Source: Fimicolochytrium jonesii
Lineage: Eukaryota
Assembly: GCF_025526975.1 (NCBI RefSeq)
Contig: NW_026515670.1
Span: 372,001-436,000, forward strand
Length of the DNA: 64,000 bases
Reading direction: 5' to 3'
Part shown: positions 11,040-23,032 of the stretch, piece after piece
Position numbering within the stretch: the first letter of the stretch is position 1
How the letters are laid out: the number at the start of each line of letters is the position of its first letter
Made by a program: the position numbers and the translations under genes
The notes under the pieces: generated by a model
Seen by the model: only the letters and a program-made list of their open reading frames with translations
Database searches by the model: none
Told to the model about the DNA's origin: nothing

Positions 11040-14000
11040 AGGCCGAGCAGCTGGGCAACACCTGTCCTGGGCCTTCTCACCACGCAAGTACTGCCAAGGG
11101 AGAAGCCACAAAACCTTGCTCCGATCCTGGCATCTCCAGCAACACCTTTCTCCTGACCACCAACAATGTCAATCTCCGATCTGAGATACCCTCACCCATG
11201 CGGATTTTGGGCCCATCCTCACCATTCGAGTACCCTGTTACCCTGCAGATATCGGCCCAGCGAGCTCCAGTTCAGCTTTCAGCACTACTTGACACCGGTG
11301 CGATGTTGTGCTTCATCGACGAAAGTTATGCCCGCAAGCACCGCATCCCACTTGTCAAGAAGGAGGACCCCATTGCGCTTGAACTGGTTGACGGACGTCC
11401 CAGCCATGCGGGCTCCATTACCCATCACACCCAACCTTTGGGCATGTGGGTCAACGACCATTTTGAGGAGGTGGTATTCCATGTGACATGTTCCCCGCAT
11501 GCGCCAATCATCCTGGGGCTTCCCTGGTTTGAGCTCCATGATGTGGAGCTACACTGGAAGACTCGCACTCCTTGCGTCCGCTGCCATTGCGGTTTTGGAC
11601 AATACGCCTCCTGGGATGCCCTGCCAACAGAACCTACCCCGAAGCCCTCAAGAACCCCTGAACCTCTGATCCGTATCCATCAAGACGAGATTTCAGTCTC
11701 CCTAGCCCAGACACCCAACACACTGGACCCAGCACCCACACCGATCCATGTATCGTTTATCAGCGCCCCAGCTTTTCGTGTGGCGGCAAGGCATGACCAG
11801 GCATTCATTGCCTACGCCAATCCGACCAAGTCAGATTCCCAAGCCCTGGCGACCACTCCTCCAAAAGATCCGAAGGCCATCATTCCTGAAGAATACCAAG
11901 ATTTTGCGGACGTCTTCGCCAAGAAGAACGCGGAGACCCTCCCAGAGCACCGACCCTACGACTGTCCCATCGACTTAGAAGAGGGCAAACAGCCACCGTT
12001 CGGCCCGATCTATAGTCTCAGCGAGCCTGAAATGCAGGCACTCTGTGACTACCTTGAAGAGAACCTAGCTAAGGGGTTCATCAAGCACTCCAAGTCTCCC
12101 GCCGGTGCCCCAGTCCTCTTTGTCAAGAAAAAGGACGGTTCCCTCCGTCTGTGCGTCGACTATCGTGGACTCAACAATATCACCATCAAGAATCGCTATC
12201 CCTTGCCCTTGATTAACAGCATCATGGATCGTCTTCGAGGGGCACGCCGGCTCACCAAGATTGACCTCCGGGGAGCCTACAACCTTCTTCGGATCCGGCC
12301 AGGGGATGAATGGAAGACAGCGTTCCGATGTCGCTACGGCCTATTCGAGTATAATGTCATGCCGTTTGGGCTCACCAATGCCCCTGGAGTATTCCAACAC
12401 CTCATGAACGACATATTCCGTGACATTCTCGACGTTTTTGTTGTGGTCTACCTTGACGACATTCTGATCTTCTCAAAAAACCCAGAAGACCACCCCAACC
12501 ACGTCCGAGAGGTGCTCTCACGACTCCGCCAGCACGGGCTGTATGCGAAACCGGAAAAATGCGAATTCAACCGTGACTCTGTTGAGTTCCTGGGGTTTAT
12601 CATCTCCCAGCAAGGCATTTCCATGGACCCAAAGAAGACGGCTGCCATTACCGAATGGGAACCCCCAACGAATGTCAAAGGCATCCAGCGCTTCCTTGGT
12701 TTTGCCAACTTCTACCGGCGATTCATCAAAGGGTACTCTGCGATCGTTGCACCCCTGACCACGCTCACTCGCAAAGACTTGCCATTCAAATGGACCCACG
12801 CTGCACACCTAGCTTTTGAAACCCTCAAGAAAGCCTTCACCTCCGCACCTATCCTGACTCACCCCGACCCTGACAAGCCCTTCATTGTCGAATCCGATGC
12901 CTCCGACTTTGCCCTTGGCGCCGTCCTCCTTCAACCCGATGACACAGATCAACTCCACCCCGTGGCCTTTCACTCCCGCAAATTTACTCCTGAGGAAATC
13001 AACTATGAGATCTACGACAAGGAACTCCTGGCTATCCAAGACTCATTTGCTCAATGGCGACACCACCTCATTGGTGCCCGCCACAAGGTCATCGTTTACT
13101 GTGACCACAAGAACCTCCAGTACTTCATGACTACCCGTACCCTCAACCGCGGCCAATCCCGCTGGTCAATCTTCTTTGCTGATTTCGACTTTGTCATCAC
13201 ATACCGCCCTGGTACCCAGCAACACCAAGCTGACGCCCTCTCTCGTCGCTCTGAATACGAGCTAAGGGAGGGGGAAGAAGCATTCCGCTCCCAGGAAACC
13301 ACGATCCTCACCCCTGACCACCTCCGCCTGGCCGCCACTTATCTGACCCCACTGGACTCCTCGCTCCTTGACCAAATCAAAGCTGCCCTGGCATCCGATG
13401 TGTTTGCGCAAACCATCCGGCGACAGCTTAGGGCCCCCATTGCCCAGCAATCTCAAGAAGACCAAGAACGGATAAAGCGATTCTCCGAGGAAAATGGGGT
13501 TCTGCTGTACGACAACCTTGTCTACGTCCCCACCAACAAGCTCCGTGCTGAGATCTGCCGGGACATGCATGACACGCATTTGGCAGGACACTACGGCATG
13601 TCAAAGACCCTGGAGCTCATCTCACGCAACTACTGGTGGCCTAGCCAGTGGCGTTTTGTCAAGTCCTACATCAGGTCCTGCGACGTATGTGCTCAAGCCA
13701 AGACCAGCAGACACAAGCCCTACGGACTCCTCCAACCCCTGCAGGTCCCTGACCGCCCCTGGGGGTCAATTTCCATGGACTTCATCACGGATCTACCCGC
13801 CAGTGATGGGGTTGATTCTGTGCTCGTTGTCATCTGCCGGTTCACCAAGATGGCGCACTTTGTACCGTGCAGGAAAACTGCCACCGCTGAGTCAACTGCA
13901 GATCTGATCTGGCACCATGTCATCCGGCTCCATGGACTCCCCGACGATATTGTATCTGACCGTGGTCCACAGTTCAACTCCCACTTCTGGAAACGTCTCT

Positions 14001-14866
14001 TCGCTCTCCTGGGAACCATGGTCAACCTCTCATCGGCGTTCCATCCCCAGAGCGATGGACAAACCGAGCGGACCAATCAGATTCTTGAGCAATACCTTCG
14101 CTGCTTTTGCAACTATCAACAAGATAACTGGAAGGAACTCTTGTCTTCTGCTGAGTTCTCTTACAATAACACCATCCACTCCGCCACCCAGACAACCCCC
14201 TTCTACGCCAACTATGGGTTCCATCCTCGATTCAGTCTGGCTTCCGCCACCACAACCGAATCCCTTAATCCTGCAGCCGAAGCTCGTGCCAACCATCTCA
14301 AGGAAATCCATGAACAGCTTGCCACTGAGCTCAAGGAGGCCCAAGGACGCATGAAGCGCTTTGCCGATGCTAAGAGGGCACCTGGCCCAGACATGAAACC
14401 CGGTCACAGTGTCTGGCTCTTACAGCGGAATCTCAAGACTCTCCGACCTTCCCAGAAACTTGATCACCGTAAGATTGGCCCCTTCACAATCACGGAGAAG
14501 ATCAACTCGGTCACATATCGCCTCAAGCTTCCCCCATCCTACAAAATTCACAACGTCTTCCATGTCTCCCTTCTTGAACCACGTTTCACCATTCCGGAGC
14601 GAACTGAGCCAGAACCCACCCCACCAGAAGAAGTCGAAGGACAGGAGGAATGGATTGTGGAAGACATTCTTGACTCCCGTATTCGACGCACGCACCTTCA
14701 GTACCTCATCAAGTGGCAGGGTTGGCCAAGCTCGGAGAACACATGGGAGCCAGTGGAACACCTTGCCCGATGTCAAGAGCTTGTAGCCCAGTTCCATCAA
14801 AAGTACCCCGACAAACCCCGACCAAAGCCTGCCAACATCAAAACAACATCTGGACGCCGTGGCTAA
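10994..14866 (+). CDS. pol: Pol of C (PR-RT-RH-IN-chromodomain), in the -1 frame to gag
   Basis: Frame open from 10994; LLDTGA, YLDD, ESDASD, H..GH..C..C, D-D-E, YLIKWQGWPSSENTWEP. Confidence 0.96.
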   Translation, partial: GTCTHPGFCPSPAAVKAEQLGNTCPGPSHHASTAKGEATKPCSDPGISSNTFLLTTNNVNLRSEIPSPMRILGPSSPFEYPVTLQISAQRAPVQLSALLDTGAMLCFIDESYARKHRIPLVKKEDPIALELVDGRPSHAGSITHHTQPLGMWVNDHFEEVVFHVTCSPHAPIILGLPWFELHDVELHWKTRTPCVRCHCGFGQYASWDALPTEPTPKPSRTPEPLIRIHQDEISVSLAQTPNTLDPAPTPIHVSFISAPAFRVAARHDQAFIAYANPTKSDSQALATTPPKDPKAIIPEEYQDFADVFAKKNAETLPEHRPYDCPIDLEEGKQPPFGPIYSLSEPEMQALCDYLEENLAKGFIKHSKSPAGAPVLFVKKKDGSLRLCVDYRGLNNITIKNRYPLPLINSIMDRLRGARRLTKIDLRGAYNLLRIRPGDEWKTAFRCRYGLFEYNVMPFGLTNAPGVFQHLMNDIFRDILDVFVVVYLDDILIFSKNPEDHPNHVREVLSRLRQHGLYAKPEKCEFNRDSVEFLGFIISQQGISMDPKKTAAITEWEPPTNVKGIQRFLGFANFYRRFIKGYSAIVAPLTTLTRKDLPFKWTHAAHLAFETLKKAFTSAPILTHPDPDKPFIVESDASDFALGAVLLQPDDTDQLHPVAFHSRKFTPEEINYEIYDKELLAIQDSFAQWRHHLIGARHKVIVYCDHKNLQYFMTTRTLNRGQSRWSIFFADFDFVITYRPGTQQHQADALSRRSEYELREGEEAFRSQETTILTPDHLRLAATYLTPLDSSLLDQIKAALASDVFAQTIRRQLRAPIAQQSQEDQERIKRFSEENGVLLYDNLVYVPTNKLRAEICRDMHDTHLAGHYGMSKTLELISRNYWWPSQWRFVKSYIRSCDVCAQAKTSRHKPYGLLQPLQVPDRPWGSISMDFITDLPASDGVDSVLVVICRFTKMAHFVPCRKTATAESTADLIWHHVIRLHGLPDDIVSDRGPQFNSHFWKRLFALLGTMVNLSSAFHPQSDGQTERTNQILEQYLRCFCNYQQDNWKELLSSAEFSYNNTIHSATQTTPFYANYGFHPRFSLASATTTESLNPAAEARANHLKEIHEQLATELKEAQGRMKRFADAKRAPGPDMKPGHSVWLLQRNLKTLRPSQKLDHRKIGPFTITEKINSVTYRLKLPPSYKIHNVFHVSLLEPRFTIPERTEPEPTPPEEVEGQEEWIVEDILDSRIRRTHLQYLIKWQGWPSSENTWEPVEHLARCQELVAQFHQKYPDKPRPKPANIKTTSGRRG

Positions 14867-14878
14867 AAGAGGGGGTGA

Positions 14879-15407
14879 TGTTATGGACGACGCGTCCATA
14901 CCATGCGCTTACCTCATGACAGCATCCCAACAGTCAGTCAATGTCAATTCCCTGTCCCAACCTGACATCTGCCAAACCTTGCAGCCGCACGCAGCCGCGC
15001 TACCCCACACCTGCCACTGCCTTCATTTCTCCACGCAGCCGCACGTAGCCACACCTCCCAACACTCGGCGCTTACAAACCCTTCTCCATACTTCCCCACG
15101 TACCCGCCCACAGCCTCAGCGTAGCCACCCCATCCCCAGTCTTCTGTTTCTATGCTTCCCCACCCTTGGCGCTTCTCTTGGCTTCCCCCCATTCCGTACC
15201 CTTCTGCTTCCCCACGCTTCCCCAGCCTTCCCAGAAAAACATAAATAGCCGCCTCCCCTGAGCTCCCCACTTCCTGATCCCCCAGCAGATCAACACCAGT
15301 TCTTCCTAGTCTTGTTCTAGTTCTTGTTTCGGTCTGAATACCATTACCTGTCAACAACCTGCACCACAAGTCGCCTCTATTTCCGTCGGCTCCGCCCATT
15401 CTTAACA
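14879..15407 (+). repeat. C 3' LTR
   Basis: Repeat of 9533-10061. Confidence 0.96.
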
Positions 15408-15412
15408 CCCGT

Positions 15413-18245
15413 CCACGGGAGGCAGACCGGTGATAAAGTCTAGGGACCAAGATCCCCAAGGGCGGGTAGGGATACTGTTGGGCTGGAGTAGGCCGTATGG
15501 TTTGTGTCGACTGGATTTCGCTTGGCTACAGGTATCGCAGGACTTGACGTAGGCCTTGACAAAGCGCCACTGGCTGGGCCACCAGTAGTTGCGGGAGGCG
15601 AGTTCGAGCGTCTTGGACATCCCAAAGTGGCCGGCTAGGGGAGTATCGTGCATGTCGTGGCAGACTTCAGCTCGGAGCTCGTTGGTGGGGACATAGACCA
15701 GGTTATCGTGCAGCAGGATCCCATCTTCATCTGAGAACCGCTTGATCCGATCTTGGGTTTCCTCAGTTCGTTGGGCGAGGGGTATCTTGAGCTTTTCGCG
15801 AATGGTCTTAGCGAGGGGATCAGAGGCCTGGGCGGCCTTAATCTTGTCAAGCAGCGTGGTATCCATGGGTGTGAGGTAGGCAGCCGCGAGTCGAAGGCGT
15901 TCTGGAGTCAAAATTGTGGTTGCCTGGGAGCGGAACGCTTCTTCCCCCTCTTTTAGCTCATGTTCGGAGCGTCGGGAGAGGGCATCGGCTTGGTGCTGCT
16001 GGGGACCGGGGCGATAGGTAATGACAAAGTCAAAATCCGAGAAGAATATCGACCAGCGGGCTTGGCGGCGGTTCAGGGTGCGGGTGGTCATGAAGTACTG
16101 AAGGTTTTTGTGGTCGGAGTAAACGGTGATCTTGTGACGGGCGCCAATGAGATGGTGGCGCCACTGGGCAAAGGAGTCTTGGATGGCTAGAAGTTCCTTG
16201 TCGTATATCTCGTAGTTGATCTCTTCGGCCGTGAATTTGCGAGAGTGGAAGGCCACGGGGTGGAGCTGATTGTCCTGGTCAGGTTGGAGGAGAACTGCGC
16301 CAAGAGCGAAGTCGGAGGCGTCAGTTTCGACGACGAAGGGCTTCTCTGGGTCAGGGTGAGCAAGGATGGGGGCGGTGGTGAATGCATTCTTCAGGTTCTC
16401 AAAGGCGGTGTTTGCGGCGGGTGTCCAGGCGTACGGGATGTCTTTCCGGGTCAGGGCTGTGAGCGGGGTAGCGATCTTGGAATAGCCCTGGATGAATCGG
16501 CGATAGAAGTTGGCAAAGCCGAGGAACCGCTGGACGCCTTTGACATTCTTGGGAGGTTCCCAATCCGTGATGGCAGCGATCTTCTTGGGGTCCATCTGGA
16601 TGCCTTTCTTGGAGATGATGAAGCCTAGGAACTCAACGGATTCGCGGTTGAATTCGCACTTCTCTGGTTTGGCGTACAACCCATGCTGTCGGAGGCGGGA
16701 CAAGACTTCGCGGACATGTTTGGGGTGATCTTCGGGGTTCTTGGAGAATATCAGGATATTGTCGAGGTAGACGACAACAAACACATCGAGAATGTCGCGG
16801 AATATGTCGTTCATCAGGTACTGGAAGACGCCAGGAGCATTGCTGAGTCCAAAGGGCATGACATTGTATTCAAATAGGCCGTAGCGGCAGCGGAAGGCGG
16901 TCTTCCATTCATCGCCCGGGCGCATGCGTAAGAGGTTATAAGCGCCGCGGAGGTCGATCTTGGTGAGACGGCGGGCGCCGCGCAAACAATCCATGATACC
17001 GTTGATCAGGGGCAGGGGGTAGCGATTCTTCACCGTGATGCTGTTCAGGCCTCGATAATCGACGCAGAGGCGGAGAGAACCGTCCTTTTTTTTCACGAAT
17101 AAGACTGGCGCACCGGCAGGGGACTTTGAGGGTTTGATGAATCCTTTGGCAAGGTTTTCTTCGAGGTATTCGCAGAGTGCCTTCATTTCTGGTTCGCTGA
17201 GGCTGTAGATCGGGCCGAAAGGTGGCTGCTTGCCTTCTTCCAGATCGATTGGACAGTCGTAGGGCCGGTGCTCGGGGAGAGTGTCAGCATTTCTCTTTTC
17301 GAAAACGTCGGCGAAGTCTCGATACTCGGGGGGCAGGAAGTCTTTGATGTCTTTCTCGGGTGTCAGGGGTTTACTGGGGCTAGGCAAGGCTGGGGGATCG
17401 GGTTTCGCAGGGTTGGCGTAGGCGACAAAGACCTGGTCATGCCTTGCTGCGACCCGGAAGGCTGGGGCGGAGATGAACGAGACTCGGAGCGGCGTGGGAG
17501 CCGGTCCTGGGGTGCTGAAGCCAGATACCTTGGGTACTGGAATCGACCATGTTTCGTCGACGGGGACTTCATCCTGGGGGATGCGGATCAAGGGCTCGGG
17601 GGTTCTGGCGGGTGCTGGGCTCGAGGGTGCTGGAGAGTTGTCCCAATTCGCGAATTCATGGTACAGACAGTCGCAACGGAAACCGACCGAAAGGTTCTTG
17701 AAGTCAAGGTTAATGTCGTGGAGGCGGAGCCAGGGGAGACCAAGGAGGATTGGAGCATGGGGTGATTTGGTGACATGGAAGACGAGTTCTTCGAAGTGGT
17801 CGTCGACCCACATGCCTACTGGTTGGGTGTGATGGGTGATTGGCCCAGCAGAACTGGGTTGACCGTCAACGAGTTCGATCGTCAGGGGACGCTGATGTTG
17901 GACTAGGGGGATGCGGTGTTTGCGGGCAAAGTCTCTGTCGATGAAGCAGGACAGGGCACCATTGTCAATCATGGCTGAGGTAGGTATTGGGGCGCGGCTG
18001 GATGATACCATGATGGTAACGGGGTAGTTGAAGGGTTCGAGGGGACCCAGCGCAAGCATGGCGCGGGGGTTAATTTCGGAGTTTTCGACATGGGCAGCGG
18101 CTAGGAGGGTTGTGTCGGCTATAACGGAGTCGGGAACCAGGGGGGTGGCCTCTCCCGTTGCAGGAGCTGTGAGGTTAGGAGGCCCGGGGCGGTGTGTGTT
18201 GTCCAGTCGCTGGGGCTTTACTGCGGCTGGACTTTGGGAAAACCC
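15413..18245 (-). pseudogene. pol: B pol 5' part (PR, RT with YLDN, RH, IN N-terminus)
   Basis: 885-aa ORF closely similar to C Pol; catalytic YLDD changed to YLDN; interrupted by C. Confidence 0.94.
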
Positions 18246-19216
18246 TGTTCGGTGGAGGGTTCTTTGGTGTCGACGTTGGCGGCACGGGTGGTGGTCTTGT
18301 TCTTGACGGGGCAGACTTTTGCAATGTGCCCCGCACCACCGCAGTAAAGGCAGAGGCTGTTGGAAATGCGGCGTTGGCGTTCCTGAGGGCTCAGAGGGCC
18401 GCGGGGACGAGCGGCGTCAATCTGCATGGGCTCGCTGTGGTCGACAGTGGTGGTAGTAGTAAACGAGGTATGGGGAACTGGGAAGGTCTGGCGGCTTCTG
18501 TTTCGCTCCAGGCGGCGCTCAAACAGCCGGTTATCGCACTGGATAGCCTGCTCCATCACCACATCAATGGTGGCCGCAGGGGGCATCGTGAGCATCAGGT
18601 CTTTAACGTCTTCTTTGAGGCCACGGCGGAAGGTAGCAATCAGGGCCTGGTCGTTCCAGGAGACATCGCATTGTAGCTGGCGGAACTCAGCGACGTACTC
18701 GGTTGCTGCACGGGTTTGGCGAAGGTTCTGGAGCTTGTTTTCAGAGGTGCAGACCCTGTCACTGTCTCCGAAGACCGATTGCATCTGACTGATAAAACTA
18801 TCGAAGTCCTGAAGGCTGTGATCTTGGCGTTCGACTAGGGGCGCCATCCAGGCTTGCGCAGTGCCGGTGAGGTAGGTGCCAATAGTTTGGATCTTGATGA
18901 TGTCGCTGGGGTAGCGGTCGGGCTGGAGAGCAAACATCAACCGGATGTTGTTCAACCACCCACGGAATTTGCTGCGGGTACCATCAAACTTCTCAGGCGA
19001 GCTGATTCTTGGCTCCAGAGCAGGGTTGGTGGCTTGGGGACGGGTGTACGTATCGGCTTGAACCTGGGCGGCGATGCTCTGGGCAGCTTGTGCGTCGGCT
19101 TGGGCTTGCGCTAGGTTGGCCTGCAAGTTGGCGTTTTGGCTTTGCAAGGCGGCGATGGCTTGGCACATATCGTTCCATTGCTTGGCGGTGAAAGGTACGG
19201 ATTCGGGTTGGGACAT
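18218..19216 (-). CDS. gag: Gag of B
   Basis: 332-aa ORF, PEKFDGTRSKF, CLYCGGAGHIAKVC. Confidence 0.94.
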   Translation of the reverse strand: MSQPESVPFTAKQWNDMCQAIAALQSQNANLQANLAQAQADAQAAQSIAAQVQADTYTRPQATNPALEPRISSPEKFDGTRSKFRGWLNNIRLMFALQPDRYPSDIIKIQTIGTYLTGTAQAWMAPLVERQDHSLQDFDSFISQMQSVFGDSDRVCTSENKLQNLRQTRAATEYVAEFRQLQCDVSWNDQALIATFRRGLKEDVKDLMLTMPPAATIDVVMEQAIQCDNRLFERRLERNRSRQTFPVPHTSFTTTTTVDHSEPMQIDAARPRGPLSPQERQRRISNSLCLYCGGAGHIAKVCPVKNKTTTRAANVDTKEPSTEQGFPKVQPQ

Positions 19217-19285
19217 GGCGAAAAAGGTTTGTCGGATGCAGGGCTGGACGGGTTCTGAACTTCGCAGTGTTGGAGCAGATCAAAC

Positions 19286-20384
19286 TGTTATGATCTCGAC
19301 GACGGAGGCGGAAGCGAAGTAGAGAAGACAGGGCGAGAGTGATAGGCGACAACAGATTGTATTGGCGAAACAAGAAACAAGGACTAGAACAGGAGATGAG
19401 AAGAACTGGTGTTGATCTGCTGGGGAGGAAGGGAACGGACGAAGAGAGGCCGGCTATTTATAGATAGGCAACCCAGTGTTAAGAATGGGCGGAGCCGATG
19501 GAAATAGAGGCGACTTGTGGTGCAGGTTGTTGACAGGTAATGGTATTCAGACCGAAACAAGAACTAGAACAAGACTAGGAAGAACTGGTGTTGATCTGCT
19601 GGGGGATCAGGAAGTGGGGAGCTCAGGGGAGGCGGCTCTTTATGCTTTTCTGGGAAGGCTGGGGAAGCGTGGGAAAGCAGAAGGGTACGGAATGAGAGGG
19701 AAGCCAAGAGAAGCGCCAAGGGTGGGGGAAGCATAGAAACAGAAGACTGGGGATGGGGTGGCTACGCTGAGGCTGTGGGCGGGTACGTGGGGAAGTATGA
19801 AGAAGGGTTTGTAAGCGCCGGGTGTTGGGAGGTGTGGCTACGTGCGGCTGCGTGGAGAAATGAAGGCAGTGGCAGGTGTGGGGTAGCACGGCTGCGTGCG
19901 GCTGCGAGGTTTGGCAGATGTCAGGTTTTGACAGGGAATTGACATTGACTGACTGTTGGGATGCTGTCATGAGGTAAGCGCATGGTATGGACGCGTCGTC
20001 CATAACACCCAGCAGATCAGAGAACAACAACAACAAGAGGGGACTGGGGGGGCGCCAGCTATGCTCCTAGAGCGTGCGTGGCGAGCGTAGAGAGCATTGC
20101 TACAGCTGCTGGCTATGGGGAAGTAGTGGGGGGTGTGGAGAAGCCGAGGGGGGATTAGCGAAATGAGAGGAGAGAGGAGGAGTGGCGATATTGCAAGAGG
20201 ATTGGCGAAATGAGAGGAGAGAGGGGGAGTGGCATTGACATTGACATTGACACTGACATTGACATTGACATTGACACTGACATTGACACTGACATTGACA
20301 TTGACATTGGCGTTTGACATTTGGCGGTTGACATTGGCGGCTGTCAGTAGGTAAGCTTATGGTATGGGCGCGTCGTCCATAACA
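19286..20384 (-). repeat. B 5' LTR, interrupted by a C-family solo LTR
   Basis: Matches 7880-8441 after removing 19477-20012; followed by PBS GTTTGATCTGCT at 19274-19285. Confidence 0.95.
19477..20007 (-). mobile_element. Solo LTR of the C family
   Basis: 531 bp; TSD CCCAG on both sides. Confidence 0.95.
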
Positions 20385-21190
20385 TTTCCTTCAAGCTCTT
20401 GAGGAGCGTCCGGTATTTCTCTAAGAGCGAGGCAACAGACCGTGTCTTTTTTAAACTTGTTCCGTCGCCAAGCCTTGATGAATGGCTTGGAAGTCATTTC
20501 TATGACTTGGGGATTGCGAAGGGCATTGGCTTGAGCAAATCGAGATACGTAATGAGGTGCGGCTTGTAAGGGACGAGTATCCACAGGTTTGATGATCCGA
20601 ACAGGTCGAACAGGTCTTTTGTCATAGACCGGATCTCGTTGCACATCAAAGTAAGGATTGTTGTGTTTCGGGATGTATTCGACGTCTTCCCAGTTTCTTG
20701 AAGTTCTTTCGCACTTGATGGTGACAGACTGCGGTGCGTTTGGTATAGGGCCGTAATTGGTCCAGCGAAGGATAGGTAAGGTACTCATCGAAAATTGTTC
20801 AGCATAATTAAAGAAACGCCAGAAAGGCATTCCAATAATAGCATCGTAAGCCAGATTACTGACTAGCCAGGGAAGTTGTCCAACTAAGAAAAGCGACTGA
20901 GATTCGAGATCCCGTAGATCTAACTTTTCCGAAATGACCGTGACGAGAATCATGTATGATTCTTTGTCGGCCAGCCATATCTGCTTCGGTTCGATACGTT
21001 TCTTGGGAAACTTGTACTTTTCGACGAATGTCTTGACAAGGAATAACCCATTTGCGCCGCTATCAAAGAGACCACAAGCAAACTTGTTTCCGATGCGACA
21101 ATGAGAGACCCAGAGTCCAGCAGACAGTGGTTCAAAGGCAGGTTTATTGGTAGGATCGTATGTTGTAGGCCTAGCAGAGCTACCGAGGAG
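20385..21190 (-). pseudogene. pol: A pol 5' part (protease region)
   Basis: SLIAAQMG (decayed active-site region), YDAIIGMPF; continues at 7879 across TSD TTTCC. Confidence 0.75.
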
Positions 21191-21192
21191 CT

Positions 21193-23032
21193 CTATTGAC
21201 CTTGGAAAAAACTCGAAGATTGATTTGTAGTAGTATTCGTAGTATTCGCAGAGTTGATGGCGTCATCGAGAATTTCCGTAATGCGTGACCCAGCATCAAC
21301 CTGATTGGCTGAACCTTGTTGTTGATTAGGTTGGCAACTGCGCTGCGGAGTTGGAGCGCTACGACCGCGCTGTTGAAAACCACCGCGTCGGTTCTGGGTT
21401 TGCAAGCCTTGCTGTCGATTTTCGGGATTTGACCAGCATTCAACTCTCCAATGTCCCATTTTGTTACAAAGGGGACAAGGAGTCGTTGGGCGTTGACGAG
21501 GAATGTGAGTAGTTTGCCATTGTCCACGTCGATGAAAGGGCTGTTGACATTGGTAGGGAACTTGACCTGTAGTGAGACGACTCACTCCAGGAGGATAGTA
21601 TGACGTACTGTGGGCATTGAGTGTTATGGACGACGCGTCCATACCATGCGCTTACCTCATGACAGCATCCCAACAGTCAGTCAATGTGAATTCCCTGTCA
21701 AAACCTGACATCTGCCAAACCTCGCAGCCGCACGCAGCCGCGCTACCCCACACCTGCCACTGCCTTCATTTCTCCACGCAGCCGCACGTAGCCACACCTC
21801 CCAACACTCGGCGCTTACAAACCCTTCTTCATACTTCCCCACGTACCCGCCCACAGCCTCAGCGTAGCCACCCCATCCCCAGTCTTCTGTTTCTATGCTT
21901 CCCCCACCCTTGGCGCTTCTCTTGGCTTCCCTCTCATTCCGTACCCTTCTGCTTCCCCACGCTTCCCCAGCCTTCCCAGAAAAGCATAAATAGCCGCCTC
22001 CCCTGAGCTCCCCACTTCCTGATCCCCCAGCAGATCAACACCAGTTCTTCCTAGTCTTGTTCTAGTTCTTGTTTCGGTCTGAATACCATTACCTGTCAAC
22101 AACCTGCACCACAAGTCGCCTCTATTTCCGTCGGCTCCGCCCATTCATAACATTGAGCCCCAAGGTCATATCATCTAAGTCTTGCTCAAATTCCGTAATC
22201 CGAGGATTGGTGTAAGGGGCGAATCGTCTGCCACGACCACCGCCGTGACTACCTCGACCGCGGCTGCCTCCACGGCCGCCACGGGCACTCCATGCCAAGG
22301 TAATCAGACGAGGCGTATTGGGCGTATTGGCTTGGTTGCCGTCAGTGAGCCCGTGAGCCACATGAGCACGACGAGCTGCAGTGATAGCTTGATCGAGAGT
22401 GATAGGGGTGTTGATGTTGGTAGTGCCCAAGACTTCAAAGTTTGTAACGGCTTCAGCAAGATAATGACCGATTACCGTATTCTTGAGAAGACCGGCCTTG
22501 AAGTACCGATATATTTGTCAAGGAAGTCTCCGAGCTTGAGACCGGAGAGCTTGAGCTCAATAGTATTGCGCAAGTTGCGAGGATAAAAGTGAGCGACAAG
22601 AGCCGTTTCAAAAGCTGTCCAACTTGCGGGAGCGCCGGAGGCGTAAGTCGTATTGTACCACTCGAGAGCAGTACCCTTGAGATAGGCAGTGAGCGTAGGG
22701 GCATACTCTGCCATAGTAAAGGGTATGGCACTTGCAGCTCCAGTACCGTCTGTTCCAGCTGCTACAGCCGGGAAAGTGAGAGACTCGAGAAAGTTGTGGT
22801 GAGACGTAACGAACTCTTCGATCTTTTTGGCAGCTTTGGCGCCATCGTATTCGACGAACTTATTCTTGCGAGCGTCCATAAGAAGTTTGAAACGTTCGGC
22901 TCGTTGGGTGTCTGATAGCTTGAGTCTGTCCGTCCATTCTTGCTTGTAAACAAGTGTGTGGGCGACGTCCGGTAGAAGGGCAACGTTGACGAGGAATGTC
23001 TCGGTGATGCTAGCGGTAGGTGGTGCTACCAT
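21193..23032 (-). pseudogene. gag: A gag, frameshifted and split by a solo LTR
   Basis: YLKGTALEWY, RGG stretch, CPLCNKMGHWRVEC; ends at slippery T TTT TTC. Confidence 0.88.
21622..22152 (+). mobile_element. Solo LTR of the C family in A gag
   Basis: 531 bp; TSD TTGAG. Confidence 0.95.

Larger units (their letters stand above)
9533..15407 (+). mobile_element. Gypsy element C: intact Tf1/sushi-like chromovirus inserted antisense in B integrase
   Basis: 529-bp LTRs 9533-10061 and 14879-15407 (4 differences seen); TSD CCCGT; PPT 14865-14878; open gag and pol. Confidence 0.97.
7880..20384 (-). mobile_element. Gypsy element B (Tf1/sushi-like chromovirus) inserted in A pol
   Basis: LTRs 7880-8441 and 19286-20384 (about 99% identical); TSD TTTCC 7875-7879 / 20385-20389; PPT 8442-8455. 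Confidence 0.96.
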
